This document shows, piece after piece, positions 6,025 to 6,342 of a stretch of 6,342 nt of DNA; position 1 is the first letter of the stretch; each line of letters starts with the position of its first letter. Both the position numbers and the translations under genes were made by a program. Under the pieces are notes generated by a model. That model was not told the DNA's origin. It worked only from the letters and a program-made list of their open reading frames with translations, and searched no databases. The stretch comes from Vitrella brassicaformis CCMP3155 (taxonomy: Eukaryota > Protista > Chromerida): the NCBI GenBank assembly GCA_001179505.1, contig CDMY01001008.1:1-6342 (forward strand). Reading direction: 5' to 3'.

Positions 6025-6342
6025 GAGTTCTATCAACAGAGAGAGAACAGCACGCGAAGAGTGAAGCGAGATTCCTCATGTCTTCTCATTACTTCTGGAT
6101 CTCTCCACGTTGCTCCACCGAACGAAGACGTCGTCAGCGCCACCAAGACAGTCTGCAGGATTGTTGAGAGGCGTTCGGAGCTCATGGTGTGCAGCAGACA
6201 ACAAAGGGGCGGAACGGTTCACGAGAAACTTCAATATATATCACGTGATGGCCACACCCCCATGATTGAATTGGTGATTTCTCGGCTGTTTCTCCTCCTT
6301 TTCGGATGAGCGAGCGTGTATCGGACTACACCCAACCCCCTC

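Noticed and set aside
5775-6060. Hammerhead cores at CTGATGA (5775, 6018)
   Set aside because: There is no correctly placed downstream GAAA or stem II/III in either copy.
6061-6309. 82-aa plus-strand ORF and neighbouring short ORFs
   Set aside because: The start is GTG, no motif is recognisable, and competing short frames exist on both strands. The sequence gives no way to choose one.

Overview
This window looks like eukaryotic nuclear DNA: it has spliceosomal-type splice signals and no operon structure. It is a repeat- and relic-rich region with no intact named gene. From left to right: (1) 1-203 (+) is the C-terminal end of a CRE-clade (restriction-like endonuclease) non-LTR retrotransposon ORF. 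(2) Fused directly to it is a 546-bp tandem array of about 2.3 copies (196-1443), with copies 1 and 2 identical. The array is bracketed by C8 and G10 runs, and its unit is hairpin-dense with 8 same-strand TGAAA motifs, making it a candidate structured RNA of unknown class. (3) An unrecognised ~230-codon open frame lies on the minus strand (2499-3188). (4) A degenerate ubiquitin-specific protease (peptidase C19) fragment lies on the minus strand (3568-3738). (5) It is abutted by a ~1.5-kb, ~60-bp-unit purine/pyrimidine-alternating minisatellite with higher-order structure (3741-5277), which explains nearly all ORFs in the track between 3780 and 5417. (6) The right end has minus-strand splice signals, a 32-bp direct repeat and a possible decayed retroelement zinc knuckle. 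The best lead is the retrotransposon-linked structured 546-bp unit. Its identity could not be established from sequence alone.
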